Assembly (NCBI RefSeq): GCF_018350175.1
Contig: NC_058368.1
Coordinates: 195,736,001-195,800,000, forward strand
DNA: 64,000 nt
Direction: 5' to 3'
DNA from: Felis catus
Lineage: Eukaryota
The notes under the pieces were generated by a model. That model had not been told where the DNA came from. It did no database searches and saw nothing but the letters and a program-made list of their open reading frames with translations. The translations under genes and the position numbers were made by a program. Shown here piece by piece: positions 13,662 to 29,190 of this stretch. Positions within the stretch are counted from its first letter, which is position 1. Every line of letters starts with the position of its first letter.

Positions 13662-13878
13662 TAAATTTTTTTTTTCAATGTTTATTTATTTTTGGGACAG
13701 AGAGAGACAGAACATGAACGGGGGAGGGGCAGAGAGAGAGGGAGACACAGAATCAGAAACAGGCTCCAGGCTCCGAGCCATCAGCCCAGAGCCCGATGCG
13801 GGGCTCGAACTCACGGACCGCGAGATCGTGACCTGGCTGAAGTCGGACGCTTAACCGACTGCGCCACCCAGGCGCCCC
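13662..13878 (-). mobile_element. Young felid SINE (SINEC_Fc-type)
   Basis: TSD tgttttgttttct at 13649-13661 and 13879-13891. Confidence 0.95.
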
Positions 13879-13909
13879 TGTTTTGTTTTCTAATATGAGC
13901 ATTTAAATA

Positions 13910-14921
13910 CAGGTAGTTCTCACCTGTGTGGTAGCAAAGGACCATAAAAATTAACCATACAGGCCAAAACTTTGTAAACTAGTCTTCATAATCAATGGGA
14001 AAAATTAAAATTGTTTTGTAATTTGTTAAAACTTTTTATGAAAACATTAAAAATGATCTCAGTGTTGGTTATGACTGTATAGAGATAGTAAAACAAATAT
14101 TTACTACCTTGCAATTTAAAACATTGACAGCATTGAAAATGTCTTTTATTTTTTTTTAACAGCCCTGTACAGAGTAGTTTGAGCAGTGTCTACCTTCTTA
14201 TCCTTGTATAACTTATGATAGGAAATGAACCTGTTTTCTATATCTTACAGAATTCTCAAACTCTTTTCCAAGGTTGGATCAGCCGCCAACATTTTACCCT
14301 TTTCGTTTTCAGTGTTGAGAGTTATGTTCAAGATACTGTGAAGATTTTTTTCCAGGGTCACTTTCTCTGTAATATATTTATTCTTTTCATCACAACCTAA
14401 GAATTTATGTCAATTAACTTTTACCTTCACTAAATCCTTCTGTCTACATACCTAAAGACTTATGAATAGTGGCAATCCCAACATTTCCACCATCATCTAT
14501 CTTCTAACCACATCCAGTATTGTTAGTGTTGTTTCTCTGTTGCATTTTCATCTTTGTAGGCCAGTTCCCTGTTTCAGTTACCATTTTTGTAAAATGCTGT
14601 GTGGGTTTTCACTGGGAGACAAAGAGGAAACACATCTATACACTTTGCGTTCTGTATATGTATCGGATAACAGATGTAGAATTAATAACTGACAACAGAC
14701 TTTGAAATAAGTGAAATGATTGAGTACTGAGCATGGTGTGTATCTGTTATTTACATATTGATTGTGGACTCAAGGCTGGCAGTGAAGTTTGTACTTTATG
14801 CTATTAGCCGCAGGTACTATACTGTGGTAATTAAAACGTTAACGGTTTGATGCCAGACTGGTATTACTTAACTAAACTATACTGAAATTCATGCATGTCG
14901 GAATCATGCAAAATGAACCTG
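13910..14921. mobile_element. Possible old Tigger-like DNA transposon
   Basis: Starts caggt...ctcac, ends gcaaaatgaacctg (degenerate terminal inverted repeats) and interrupts an L1 sequence. Confidence 0.35.
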
Positions 14922-14999
14922 CATATAACTTGTCCTCTAGGTACTGCTTTAACTGTGTTTCACAAGTTTTGACATACTGTTTTCATTTTCATTCAAGTT

Positions 15000-15218
15000 C
15001 TTTTTTTTTTTAATTTTTTTAACGTTTGTTCATTTTTGAGAGACAGAGACAGAGCATGAGTAGGGGAGGGGCAGAAAGAGAGGAAGACACAGAATCTGAA
15101 GCAGGCTCCAGGCTCTGAGCTGTGAGCAGAGCCTGACGCGGGGCTTGAACTCACGAACTGCGAGATCATGACCTGAGCCGAAGTCAGACACTTAACCGAC
15201 TAAGACATCCAGGCGCCC
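15000..15218 (-). mobile_element. CanSINE
   Basis: Head and tail motifs. Confidence 0.9.
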
Positions 15219-15239
15219 TGTTTCAAGTTATTTTCTAAT

Positions 15240-15880
15240 TTCTTTCTTTCTTTCTTTTTTTTTTTTTTAATAATTTACATACAAATTAGTTAGCATATAG
15301 TGCAACAGTGATTTCAGGAGTAGATTCCTTAGTGCCCCTTACCCATTTAGCCCATCCCCCCTCCAACCCCTCCAGTAACCCTCAGTTTGTTCTCCGTATT
15401 TATGAGTCTCTTCTGTTTTGTCCCCTTCCCTGTTTTATATTATTTTTGTTTCCCTTCCCTTATGTTCATCTGTTTTGTCTCTTAAAGTCCTCATATGAGT
15501 GAAGTCATATGATTTTGGTCTTTCTCTGACTAACTAATTTCACTTAGCATAATACCCTCCTGTTCCATCCACATAGTTGCAAATGGCAAGATTTCGTTCT
15601 TTTTGATTGCCAAGTAATACTCCATTGTGTATATATATATATATACCACATCTTTATCCATTCATCCATCGATGGACATTTGGGCTCTTTCCATACTTTG
15701 GCTATTGTTGAGAGTGCTGCTATAAACATGGGGGTGCATGTGTCCCTTCGAAACAGCACACTTGTATCCCTTGGATAAATACCTAGTAGTGTAATTGCTG
15801 GGTTGTAGGGTAGTTCTATTTTTAGTTTTTTGAAGAACCTCCATACTGTTTTCCAGAGTGGCTGCACCAGCTTGCATTCC
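15240..15880 (-). mobile_element. 5'-truncated carnivore L1 (3' end)
   Basis: ORF2 C-terminus ([20 protein letters not shown]...), 3'UTR, T-tail; TSD caagttatttt. Confidence 0.9.
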
Positions 15881-16172
15881 CAAGTTATTTTTTAATTCCT
15901 TATTGGACTTTTTGACACATAGGTTATTTACAAGTATGTTATTTTCCAAACATTTGGGGGAATTTTTGAGATCCCTTTTTGATATTTATTTCTGATTTTA
16001 TTATGGTTGGAGAATATATGCTGTATGATTTCTGTCCTCATAAAATTATTACAGTTTGTTTTGCAGCCCAGTATATAGTCTATTCTGATGTTTGATTCAC
16101 ATATTCTTGAAATAAATGTGTATTTTGTTGTTGGATGGGGTATTTATAGATGTCAGGTTCATTGATGCTTAT

Positions 16173-16220
<48 letters not shown>
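16173..16220. repeat. (TG)n microsatellite
   Basis: Read directly from the sequence. Confidence 0.95.
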
Positions 16221-16222
<2 letters not shown>

Positions 16223-16550
16223 TTTATACATCTTGTGAGAGGGATGGTGAAATCTGTAGACATTAATTTGTCTTTTTTTCCTTTCATTTTTGTTAGTTTT
16301 AATATGTGTGTTATGGGCATCTGTGGTTAGGTACAAATATGTTTATAATGGTTATATCTTCTTGCAAATCTCCTTTTACAATTTTGAAATATACTTCTTT
16401 GTTTCTAATAATATTTATTATCTTGAAGTCTATATTGTCTAATACCAATATAGCTACTTCACTTCTCTTATGCTTATAGTTTGCATGATGTTTTTCTCCC
16501 CATTCTTTTGTTTTCAGCCTATTTGTCTTTGAATTTAAAGTGAATTTCTT

Positions 16551-16755
16551 GGGGCACCTGGGTGGCTTAGTTGGTTAAGCATCTGACTATTGATTTCACC
16601 TCAAGTCATGATCTCACAGTTTGTAAGATTGAGCCCTGCTTTGCACTCTGAACTGACAGTGTGGAGCCTGCTTGGGATTCTGTCTCCTTCTCTCTCTGCT
16701 CCTCCCCCATGCACTTGCACTCTCTCTCAAAATAAATAAATATGTAAAAAATAAT
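16551..16755 (+). mobile_element. CanSINE
   Basis: ggggcacctgggtggcttag head and A-rich tail. Confidence 0.9.
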
Positions 16756-17262
16756 AAAGTGAACTTATTATGGACAATGTATAGTTGATTCTTAACTGTT
16801 TTATCCAGACTGACAGTTTCTGACTGGAATATTATTCCATTTCTAGTTAATGTAATTATTGATTTGTTTTGATTTATGTTTGCCATTTTGCTATTTGTTT
16901 TCTGTTTGTTTAATCTCTCTTTTGGTCCTTTTTATTTTCCTGTCTTCTTTTGTGTTAAAAGAATGTTTTATAGTATACCATTTTAATTTCCCTGTAGAAT
17001 TTTTATTCATAGTTCAGTCTCTACATACATGTAATATTGCTATAGGGGTTACAATATGATATTTAACTTCTTATAACCTACTACATGTTAATGCTGCTAT
17101 ATTTTTCTGGCAAAACATAGAAATTTTGCACTAACATAGCTCCATTCTCTACTCTCCCTGATCATTTGGTGCTGCTTTGTTCTTTTAATCATGTATGTTA
17201 CACTTATGTTTGTCATAAATGGGACAATATGTTATTATTTTTGTTTTAAAAAGCTTTTTAAA

Positions 17263-17508
17263 TGGCAATGCAAGCTGGTGCAGCCACTCTGGAAAACAGT
17301 ATGGAGGTTCCTCAAAAAACTAAAAAGAGAACTACCCTACGACCCAGCAATTGCACTACTAGGCATTTATCCACGGGATACAGGTGTGCTGTTTCAAAGG
17401 GACACGTGCACCCCCATGTTTATAGCAGCAAGATCAACAATAGCCAAAGTATGGAAAGAGCCCAAATGTCCATTGATGGATGAGTGGATAAAGAAGATGT
17501 GGTGTGTG

Positions 17509-17548
<40 letters not shown>

Positions 17549-17922
17549 GGAATATTACTCAACAATCAAAAAGAATGAAATCTTGTCATTTGTACCTACG
17601 TGGATGGAACTGGAGGGTATTATGCTAAGTGAAATTAGTCAGAGAAAGACCAAAATCATATGACTTCACTCATATGAGGCTTTAAGAGACAAAACAGATG
17701 AACATAAGGGAAGGGAAACAAAAATAAAATAAAAACAGGGAGGGGGACAAAACAGAAGAGACTCATAAATATGGAGAACAAACAGGGTTACGGGAGAGGT
17801 TGTGGGAGGGGGGATGGGCTAAATGGGTAAGGGGCAGTAAGGAATCTACTCCTGAAATCATTGTTCCACTATATGCTAACTAATTTGGGTGTAAATTTAA
17901 AAAAATAAAAAATAAAACAAAA
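17263..17922 (+). mobile_element. 5'-truncated carnivore L1 3' end containing a (CA)n microsatellite (17511-17546)
   Basis: ORF2 C-terminus ([19 protein letters not shown]), 3'UTR and A-tail. Confidence 0.9.
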
Positions 17923-18824
17923 GGATTTTAAAGAAAATCAAAAGAGAAAAGGCAGACATATTTAAATTCCTTATATTTACTGACATACGTAAAAAAATTT
18001 CTAGGGCCCTGTGGATTTGAGTTACCATTTGGTGCTATTTTGTCAGAGATAATTTCTTTAGTATATTCTGTCATTTGGTTCTGCTAACAAATGTTTTTGT
18101 TTATCTGCAGATGCCTTTATTTTGCCATGTTTAAAGGAAAGTTTCCCTAGATACAGAATTCCTGATTGACAGGTTGCTTGTTTTTAGTATTTTTGAATTT
18201 GTCATTCACTTTTTCTTTCTTGCTGCTTTCAAGATTTTTCTTTTTGTCTTCAGTTTTCAACAACTTAATTTTGACGTGACTAGTTGTCTAGGTATTCTAC
18301 CTGTGGTTTATGGAATTACTTGGATATGTAAATTAATGTTTCTCATCAAATTAGATGATTTTAAAGGCACTTTTCTAATTTTTTTTTTTGCCTCTTTCTC
18401 TTCCCTCTTCCTACTACTACAATCCCGCCTATACTGGAATGCCTAATATTACATCATAGATTTCTGAAGTTTTGTTTGTTTTTATATATTTTTTTCTTTT
18501 TGTTCTTAGAATTAGTTAATTTTTAGTGATATCTTCAAGTTTATGGATTCGGATTTTGCCTTCTGCTTCTCAAATCTAATGACCCAGCTGGTGGAAATTT
18601 AATTTGAGCTTTAGAATTTTCATTTGGTTCTTTTATGTTTTAACCTACACAGAGTAAATGTTAGGCATAGAGTAATTTAACTACACAGTCATGATATAAA
18701 AAAGTTCTAATACTCAAAATTTCCTCTTTCTGCCTTTTTATAGTCAAACTAATATCTTTATATACTTTTTTTTTCTCTTTTAAAATTGCATATTCACCCA
18801 TTCCCTAGCCTTTTTTCCCTTAAC

Positions 18825-19030
18825 TTTTTTTTTTAAGTTTATTGATTTATTTTGAGAAGGAAAAAGAGTGCACATAAGTGGGAGAAGAGCAGAAAGTGAG
18901 AGAATCCCAAGCATACTCCACACTGTCAGCACAGAGCCCAGTGCCGGGCTTGGTTTCACAAACCGTGAGATCATGACCTGAGCCAAAATCAAGAGTTGGA
19001 TACTTAACTGACTGAGCCACCTAGGCGCCT
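18825..19030 (-). mobile_element. CanSINE
   Basis: Head and tail motifs. Confidence 0.88.
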
Positions 19031-20082
19031 CTCCCTTAACGTGTTTAATGTGTTTATAATAGCTTCTTTGGGATCTTTGTTTATGAAATACAATACCTAT
19101 AGAAAGTCACTTTCTATTGACTGATTTTGTTCCTTAGTTTAGGTCACAGTTTTCTGTTTCTTTATATGTCTAGCAATTTTTAGTTGAACATTCTGTATTG
19201 TCGATAATATGTTGTAGTCTGGATTCTTCTGGTCTTTCTAAGGGTTTCTGTTTTGTTTTAGAGGCATTTAACTTGCTTGGTCTTAAACTGTGACATCGGT
19301 CTCTCCCATAGACTGTGATTGCTGATGTCTTTGCTTAGTTTTTGTTTAAGCCTGGCTCTCTAAGAGACTCCCCTTCATCTGCATAAAGTAGAAGTGAGCT
19401 TGTGTTATGGACAGAGGTTGTATTGGACATCAAAAGCCATCACTCTTGGCTGCCTGAGTTGTGGATGTGTCAGACCACTTTAAAAGTATAGCAAATTTGC
19501 AAGTCTCCAAATTTTCAACCAGCGCTGGGCTCTCTAGGGTCTCTTTGTGCAAATATTTTAGTGCTTGGGTGGGGGTACAGAGAAAGTTTATTATCTCAAC
19601 CTTTCTCTGACTCTTACTTCCAAATTCCCCTGTTAAATTTCTAGCTGCTCTACTAACAGCATTAAGGCGTATATCATGGGGATTTTTGTTATCTTTTAAT
19701 GCCCCATAAACTAGGGATGGGGGAAATGGGAAAATCTGAGAAAAAATTCCACAAGTTCCCCATTCTTATCTAAGAAAGAAGTTTTTGGTGAATAAGCACT
19801 TTTCAGCTTATGACCTGCCTTTGGTAGTTTTTCTGTACCATGAATTGGTTGTTTTTTTAAAAATCATTTTATTTGTTTTTGTACTTGTTTTTGGGGAAGA
19901 ATTCCTCAACAACCTCATGCTACCACTATTGGAAGTCAAGTCCATCTTTAATTTCTCATGTGATAAACTTATATGTTTTAAATGGCCTGTTGCCTTCCCA
20001 GCTCTCTGTCTCTTGGACTGTCCTATATCATTCATTTGTTTTTACCCCTTTTGTCCTCTACTAAATCTTTATATCTATTTGA

Positions 20083-21648
<1,566 letters not shown>

Positions 21649-23499
21649 GAATGGACTAAGCACAGGAAAGTCTTCAGTATCTGCTTAAGCCTTAATAAAT
21701 ACCACAAACTTACAGATTTCATGAGTTTGGGGGCATCTTTACTGGTAAAATTTAAGAAATGAAATAAAGTTTCTAATATGTTTATTTTTTATCAAAGATA
21801 ATACAAACATCTCAGTTATATAAATAATGGGTATTTTCACTATGGCACGTAAATAAGACTTTTGAGATTGTGAACTGAATTAATTACAAGTTATATAGTC
21901 TATTTTGAAGTTACATATTTGTGATTATGTTACATAATAAGAATTGGACCAGTAGTAATATTATTAATGTTAGCTTAGCATAATTATGGCTGTGAAATAA
22001 ATCCCCATAGAGCACATGAAGAAAACTTGAGTCAAAAGATGCCACAACCTAGAAACTGTGCTTGAGGGAAGGATTTGATTGTTCCTGTAAAGGTACATGT
22101 AAAAAAATATGTATGTTGTTGTAGATAGATGGAAAGATGGATTGATAAGGTCCAATAAATGTGGTCTTTTGGTTTTTTTGTTGTGTTTTGTTTTGTTTTT
22201 CATTTAAAGAATATAAGTTGGTCTGTGTCAGTGGATAGTCCTAGGATCTTGGAATTGACACTTGTTGTTTCTCTGTTTTACTCCTCTCCACTAGGACTTT
22301 GGTGTGATGGAAAGACATAGATGGTCATAGGTTTTAATGCTTATTCCATTACCCACAGATTGTGTGACTTCAGGGAAACCTTTTTTTTTCATCCATGGTA
22401 TCTGTTCCCTCATCTATATATGAAATTCTGGCAGAGAACATGTTTTTAGCTCATATTTGTCCCCTTTATCTTTCCTCTCTGTTCTTTTGCAGGAGGTTGC
22501 TGATAACCATGTGTCCCCATTTAAACTTGATTTGCATTCCAGACACTGTGTGTCTGATTTCCCTGATTTCCTATTCTCTTCTTTGTCCATTTCACTGCTC
22601 TTGTGTCTGGTGGCCTAACGCATACTGTTATGGAGACCTCACTTTTACTTATTTTATTTTTCAAGCGCATATAAATTATGGTGTTTGTACATAAAGACCC
22701 TGTGTGATACCACCACAGATCCTGTTTTACCCTCTCCCTGAAGCACCAGTTCTTTTTCCTGAGAATTGAGTGGTCCTCAGAGAAAAACCCATAGGGAATG
22801 TGGAAGATGTGCCTGGCATAGCTTACATGGGTAAGTATGAATCTGAACGTAAAAATCCCACCTGCTATCTCTAAAATGTTTCTTTATTCTTTGTTGTGGG
22901 GCCAGTTCTGCTCCCATAAGAATCTTTAGGAGAGCATCCTGGCGGGGACAAGTCCTGTGTGGCAGGGATGTTGTGACCTGTGTGGCTAAATACGATTTCT
23001 GCAATAAAATTCCTACTTGATTCCTCCCTATGTCCTGCTTAGCTGACCTTTCTCTGCAGGGCCCCAGTGTTTACTCTGAGAAGTAAGGCTTTGCATGGGA
23101 ACCTCTGCAGAGAACATGGCATACCCCAAAAAGATGTGCAAACGTGTGAGAAAATTCTTTGTGTCATTGTGAACATGTGTTTGATGCTGCAGATAATTGG
23201 CCATTTGGATCTGGGAAATAAAACCTTTGGCATGTAGCATGGAGTGATCTACTTTGAGAGGTCTTGATGGAAGTTGGCCCCACCTGGCCCTTATGGGGAG
23301 GCATGGGAAAGTCAGGGTCTCCAGAACATACAGAAGTTTGTGAGAAGGAAATGATAATATAGTGACAGGGAAATTATGTAAGGAAAATAAAGACCCAAGT
23401 TTCTCTCTCCTCATGGGCCTTCCATTTTGCCTTTTACTTTCTAAGGAACCTCATTAATCTGATCATGACATAATATATATTATATATGGCTATAAAATA

Positions 23500-24912
23500 T
23501 AGGAAAATTTGATATTTACTGGTGTATAGAAAATTTTCCGTCTAAAGTCTAGAAAAAAGGCAATGTCCATTTTCACCAGTTTTATTCAGTATTGTATTGA
23601 AAGACCTAGTCAGGGAAATCAGGCAAAAAAAAAATTGGTATAATGATTGGAAAGCAACAAAACACATTTGTTGACAAAATTGTATGCATAGGTGATGAAA
23701 ATGTATACGTTAATTATTAGAAATGGAAAGTAGCAAGGTTTCTGTATAGAATATTTTTAAAAATAAAGTTCATGCAACAGATATAAAATGAAAATTTAAA
23801 GGTATCAATTACAGGGGCATGAACAATACAACATGTCTAGAAATATGTGTATTTTCAATACTATGTTGAAAAGAAGTGGCAAGAATGAGCATCCTTGTAT
23901 TATTCCTGATCTTAGGGGAAAAGCTTGCTGCACCATTGATTATGAAGTTAGCTGTGAGCATGCCATATGTTGCCTTCCTTATGTGGAGGTACATTCTTTG
24001 ACTAATTGCCTGAGAATTTTTTATCGTGAAAGAATATTAAATTTTTGTCAAATGATTTTTCTGCATGCATTGAGATGATTTTTTATCTTTTATTCCATTA
24101 ATGTGATGAATCACATTTATTAATTTGTATACATTGAAACATCTTTGCATCCCAGGTATAAATCACAGTTAATCATGATGTGTGACCCTTTTAATGTACT
24201 GAATTCTGTTCTTATTTTATTGAGGATTTTACATTTATATTTATCAAGAATATTGAGCTGTACTTTTCTTGTAGGGCCCTTACCTGGCTTTGGTGTCAGA
24301 GTAATAGCCTTGTAAAATGAGTTTGTGAGTACTCCCTTCTTCAGTTTTTTGTAAGAGTTTAAGAAGGATTGTTAATTCTTTAAATGTTTGGTAGAATTCA
24401 CCAGTGACACCATCTGGTCCTGGGATTTTCTTTGTTGAGGTGTTTTTGATTACTGATTCAGTCTCCTACTCATTATTGGCTGTCAAGATTTTCTATGAAT
24501 GATTCAGTCTCATATATTCTATGTTTCTAGCAATTTATTTCTTCTTCGTTATCCAATTTGTTGGCATAATTGTTCTAAGTGATATTATGGTATGTTGTAT
24601 TTCTCTAATATCAGTTGTAATGTCTCTTTCATTTCTACATTTATTTGAGTCTTTGCTCCTTTTTTTCTTTGGAAAAAAGACAATGTCCATTTTCACCAGT
24701 TTTATTCAATAGTGTGTGTCTAACTAATGGTGTGTTAATTTTGCTTATCTTTTCAAAAAAACCGGCTTTTAGCTTCATTGATCTTTTCTATTGTTTCTGT
24801 AGTCTCTGTTTCTGCTCTTATTTTCATTATTTCCTTCCTTCTGCTAATGTTTGTCTTAATTTGTTCTTCTTTTCCATGTCTTTGAGGTGTAGAGCTAATT
24901 GTTTATTTGGAA

Positions 24913-24963
<51 letters not shown>

Positions 24964-25622
24964 AAGCTTATTCATTTATTTTGAGAGAGGAAGAGAGCAG
25001 GGAAGGGGCAGAGAGAGACGGGGAGAGAGAGAATCCCAAGCAGGCTCTGCAATGTCAGCGCAGAGCCCGATGCAGGGCTTGAATTCACAAACCATAATGC
25101 CATGACCCAAGCTGAAACCTAGAGTCAGACGTTTAACTGACTGAGCCACCCAGGTGCCCATGGGATCTTTGTTTCTTAAGGTTGGCATTTATTTCTATGA
25201 ACTACCTAAACTACTTTTACTACAACCAAGAGGCTTTGGTATATTGTGTTTCCATTTTCATTTGTTTCAAGGGCTTTTTAAAATTACCTTTTGATTTCTT
25301 TTGGTTTCTTCTTTGATTCATTGATTTCCGGTATGTGTTATGTAATTCCCCCTTATTTGTGAGTTTCCAGTTTTCCTTGTTACTTTCTAGTTTCATACCA
25401 TTGTGGTCAGAAAACATACTTGGTATAATTGCAGACTTCTTAAATATGTTAAGATTTGTTTGTGACCTACCATATCATCTATCTTGGAGAATGTTTGTGT
25501 ACCCTTGAGAAGAGTGTGTATTCTGCTGCTGTTGGATACAACGTTTTGTGTATGTCAGTTAGGTCCAATGGATCTGAAGTATAGTTCAGTGTTTCCTTAT
25601 TGATTTTGCCTGCCTGATCAAT

Positions 25623-25658
<36 letters not shown>

Positions 25659-26800
25659 GCAATCTCCACACCCATTACGGGGCTTGAACTCAGAATCCCT
25701 AGATCAAGAGTCACATGCTCTTCTGACTGAGCCAGCCAGGTTCCCTGTGATCAATCCATTATTGAAAATGGGGTACCAGAGTCTCCTGTTATGATTGTAT
25801 TTTGTCTACTTCTCACTTCAGACCTGTTAGTGTTTGATTAATATATTTAGGTGCTCTGGTGTTAGGTGTATATATATTTATAATTGTTATATATTCTTTA
25901 TTACTTGGTCCCTTTATAAATACATAATGATCTTTTTGTCTCTGTTACAAATTTTTTTTAATGTTTATTTTTGACAGAGAGAGAGAGAGAGACAGAGCAT
26001 GAGTGGGGGAGGGGCAGAGAGAGAAGGAGACACAGAATCAGAAACAGGCTCCAGGCTCTGAGCTGTCAGCACAGAGCCTGACGTGGGGCTCAAAGCCTGA
26101 CGTGGGGCTCACAGTCTTGTGAGACCATGACCTGAGCCAAAGTCGGACGCTCAACCGACTGAGCCACCCAGGCGCCCCTACAATTTTTAACTTAAAACTG
26201 TATTTTGCCTGATACAAGTATACCTACTTTTGATCACTTTTGGTTTCCATTTACTTGGAATAACTTTTTCCATCCTGTTTGATCCTATCCATGTTCTTAA
26301 AGCTGAAGTGAGTCTCTTCTAGGCAGCAGGTAGTTGGGTCTTTTTTTTTTTTTTTTTTTTAAATCTGGCTAGTATTAAAAAGACAAAAAAAAAAGAAAAG
26401 AAAAAAGTTACAAGTGTTGGTGAAGATGTGGTGAAAAGGGAATCTTCAAGCCCTGTTGGTGGGAATGTCAACTGTGCAACCACTATGGAAAGCATTATGG
26501 AATTTCCTCAAAAAATTAAAGATAGCAATACCACATGATCTAGTAATTCTTTTTTTAAAATATTTATTTATTTGGAGAAAGAGTGAGTATGAGTGAGGGA
26601 GAAAGAGAGAATCCCAGGCAGTCTCTCTGCTGACAGCACCGCTTGAAATGGCACTCGATCCCATGAGCTGTGAGGTCATGACCTAAGCCCAGATCGAGTC
26701 AGACACACAACCACCTGAGCCACCCAGACACCCCAGTGATCTAGTAATTCTATTACTGGGTATTTACTCAAAGAAAAACAAACACTAATTCAAAAAGAAT
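23500..26800. mobile_element. Old L1 fragments (short plus piece ~23500-23820, minus ORF2 ~23850-26360, plus piece ~26365-26800) with CanSINEs at ~24960-25159, 25620-25745, 25950-26178 and 26550-26734, and (TG)n at 24916-24961
   Basis: ORF2-like translations (FSDHNGMKLE, YLHIRKATY...TANFIING) and SINE heads. Confidence 0.75.
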
Positions 26801-26802
26801 AT

Positions 26803-29190
26803 CACAGGTTAATTCTGCAAATAATTTCATAGCATTACTTTGGCTACCCAATAGTTTTCGACATAGCTTAATTTAGGTATGTGCAGTGTGAAGAGGTATC
26901 TTAAACAACTTTGATTGGGGTTGAACACTGAAATGAAAACAAAATAAAAGTAAAAGCACTTTAAGTAGAAAAATGTAAACATAGGGCTCCACCTATTGTA
27001 TGCCTTTAAAAAAATTTTTTTTAAGTTTATTTGAGAGAGAGTGAGCAGGGGAGGGGCAGAGAGAGAGAGGGAGAGAAAGAATCCCAAGCAGGCTCTTGGG
27101 CTCATCATGCTGTCAGCATGAGCCCGATGCAGGACTCAAACCCACAAACTGAGATCATGACCTGAGCTGAAATCAAGAATTGGATACTTAACCAACTAAG
27201 CTACCCAGGCACCGTTATTGTATGCCATTTAAAGTATTTATTTACCTTGTTAGCAAATTTTGTTTTTAACACTATTATGGGTGTGGTCTACTTTGCATTA
27301 ACACATACTTGAAATAATAAAATAGTCAAGCATGGCATGTGGTGGTCTAAAAATCAAAGCAACACACTTGTTTATATAAACAACACCACTCGGTACCTAC
27401 TAAGATAAATGTGATGATTACAGAATCTAACATCCTGTACTACACTAATAAAGCAAAGTGGCCAATGAAGGCAGCAAATAGGGCTTAAAAGAGCCTAATC
27501 TCAACTGAATTTAAAGCATTCACATAAGAAAATGCATATTGCACAGTGTAAGCAAATGTTCCACCAAGCAATTTAAATGAGAGACAACAGAGTATTCACC
27601 TAATACATAACAATGATCTCAGAAGAGCAAGTGTTCTTTCTGTAAATGACAAAAGCTGTGAAAATATGGAAGAGTCTAGCACATGGAGAGTTACAAAGGA
27701 AAAATACAAAACCAAACCTAGGTATAAAATTTTAAAAAATTAAATACTGAAAAATTCAAAACTGTGGCTCATCAAAAATGTTGAATAATTGTCTTCTGTG
27801 AGAGCTCAAAGTGTTTGTTGATGTGAATGTGTTTACGTACAACGAAGGCTTACTGGTTAAATATCTGAGGAAGATCTGGCCTTGAGCACTTTCTTTACAT
27901 CCTAGACCTGTAAACCAAGTTTTCTCAGTCATTAAAACAAACTTCTCAGCAGCTGCATTACTGTGAAACAATGGTCTCAAAACAAGAAAAGAAAAGCAAA
28001 CAAAAATACTAAGTGGGCATGTGGCAGAATCTCTGAAAATGATAGTCTCCAAGAATTTCAAGTGACTGTTGATTATGGTCCACTAGGTTATAATATGTAA
28101 TTCCATTACTTGCTGTTTCTCTTTTTAATTGGGAAAGTTTGCCTATCACTCTGACCAGTGCCCCATTTTCATCCTTTAGTTTCTATTTGTCTGCTTTTAG
28201 GTCTGGTAGCATTTGAGCTCTACTACTTCTGGTATTCTTTCTAAAGCTTTTTGTTCCTTTTTTTCCATTTCCAGTAGAGACTTCACAGTAAATCTTTCTT
28301 ATCTCTAGATGCCTTTTTCCAACTGCATTTTAAGATCTGTCAGTTCCGTACTTGCATCATGTAGCTATGTTTTCAGCTTTTTCTTTTCAGCTAGAATTTG
28401 TTCATAAAAGTTCTTAAAGTTAGGAATCCTCCTTTTCTAGCCTGCTACTGTAAAGTTTTCTTTCTTTTAAAAAAAAAGTGATCCAAAGCATCCCAGTAAG
28501 GCATTGCACTGATCACTAATTGATGTGGGACTGGCTTTTTATGTAGAAATGGAATCTAAGTTTTCTTATTAGATCCCTCTTCTATATGATTGTTGTTCTT
28601 ACTCATTTTCACTGATAGCTTATTTCCAATATTAAACTTCTGTAGATCTTATTTCTCCTTGTTGCCATCATTCTATGATTGATTTAGGTAGTGATTCATC
28701 TTCATTCCTTTTTTTTTTTTCTCCCTGTCTTTCATTTTCCTTTGTTAATACTCTGGAGTAAACAGACGTTATACCTACAGGAGTATTTGTCCTGTTTAGT
28801 TGACTTGAAGCATAGAGTGAACTGTTCATGGTAGACAGTGAAGAAGAGTGGTTGAACTTGAAGTTGATTCTGGTCTGTAACACGGATAAGTCTTATATGT
28901 TCTGAAGTACTTTTGTTTGTATTCATCTTCTCTAGATGTTTCTGGCTCCCTTCTTTATCCTTCTTTATCCTGATTTCCTTCATTCTTGTTCTCTGGTTCT
29001 GGTACAACAACTTATTGTTTTTCAGCCTCTTCAGTGTCACTCCCTGCGTTGATTTTCTAGACTGTTTTGCTTTCTAGATCTTGCTTTTCTTTGGGATTCA
29101 AATTCTTCATCTCTAAGAGGATTGAGGTATGGTCTGCATCTCTCCTCACCTCTGGTGCCGAGGAGACACTGCCAGGCAGCAGTTGTCCTC
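26803..29190 (-). pseudogene. PPP1R12A: Processed pseudogene of PPP1R12A (MYPT1): 5'-truncated, C-terminal coding region ~29190-28125 plus 3'UTR; CanSINE inserted at ~27010-27212
   Basis: Minus-strand translation gives RDEEFESQRKARSR, SSSLSTMNSSLYASSQLNRTNTPVGITSVYSR...KENER, LLEMEKKEQKALER and KDENGALVRVIGKLS. It is intronless and frameshifted. The left boundary is approximate. Confidence 0.9.
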
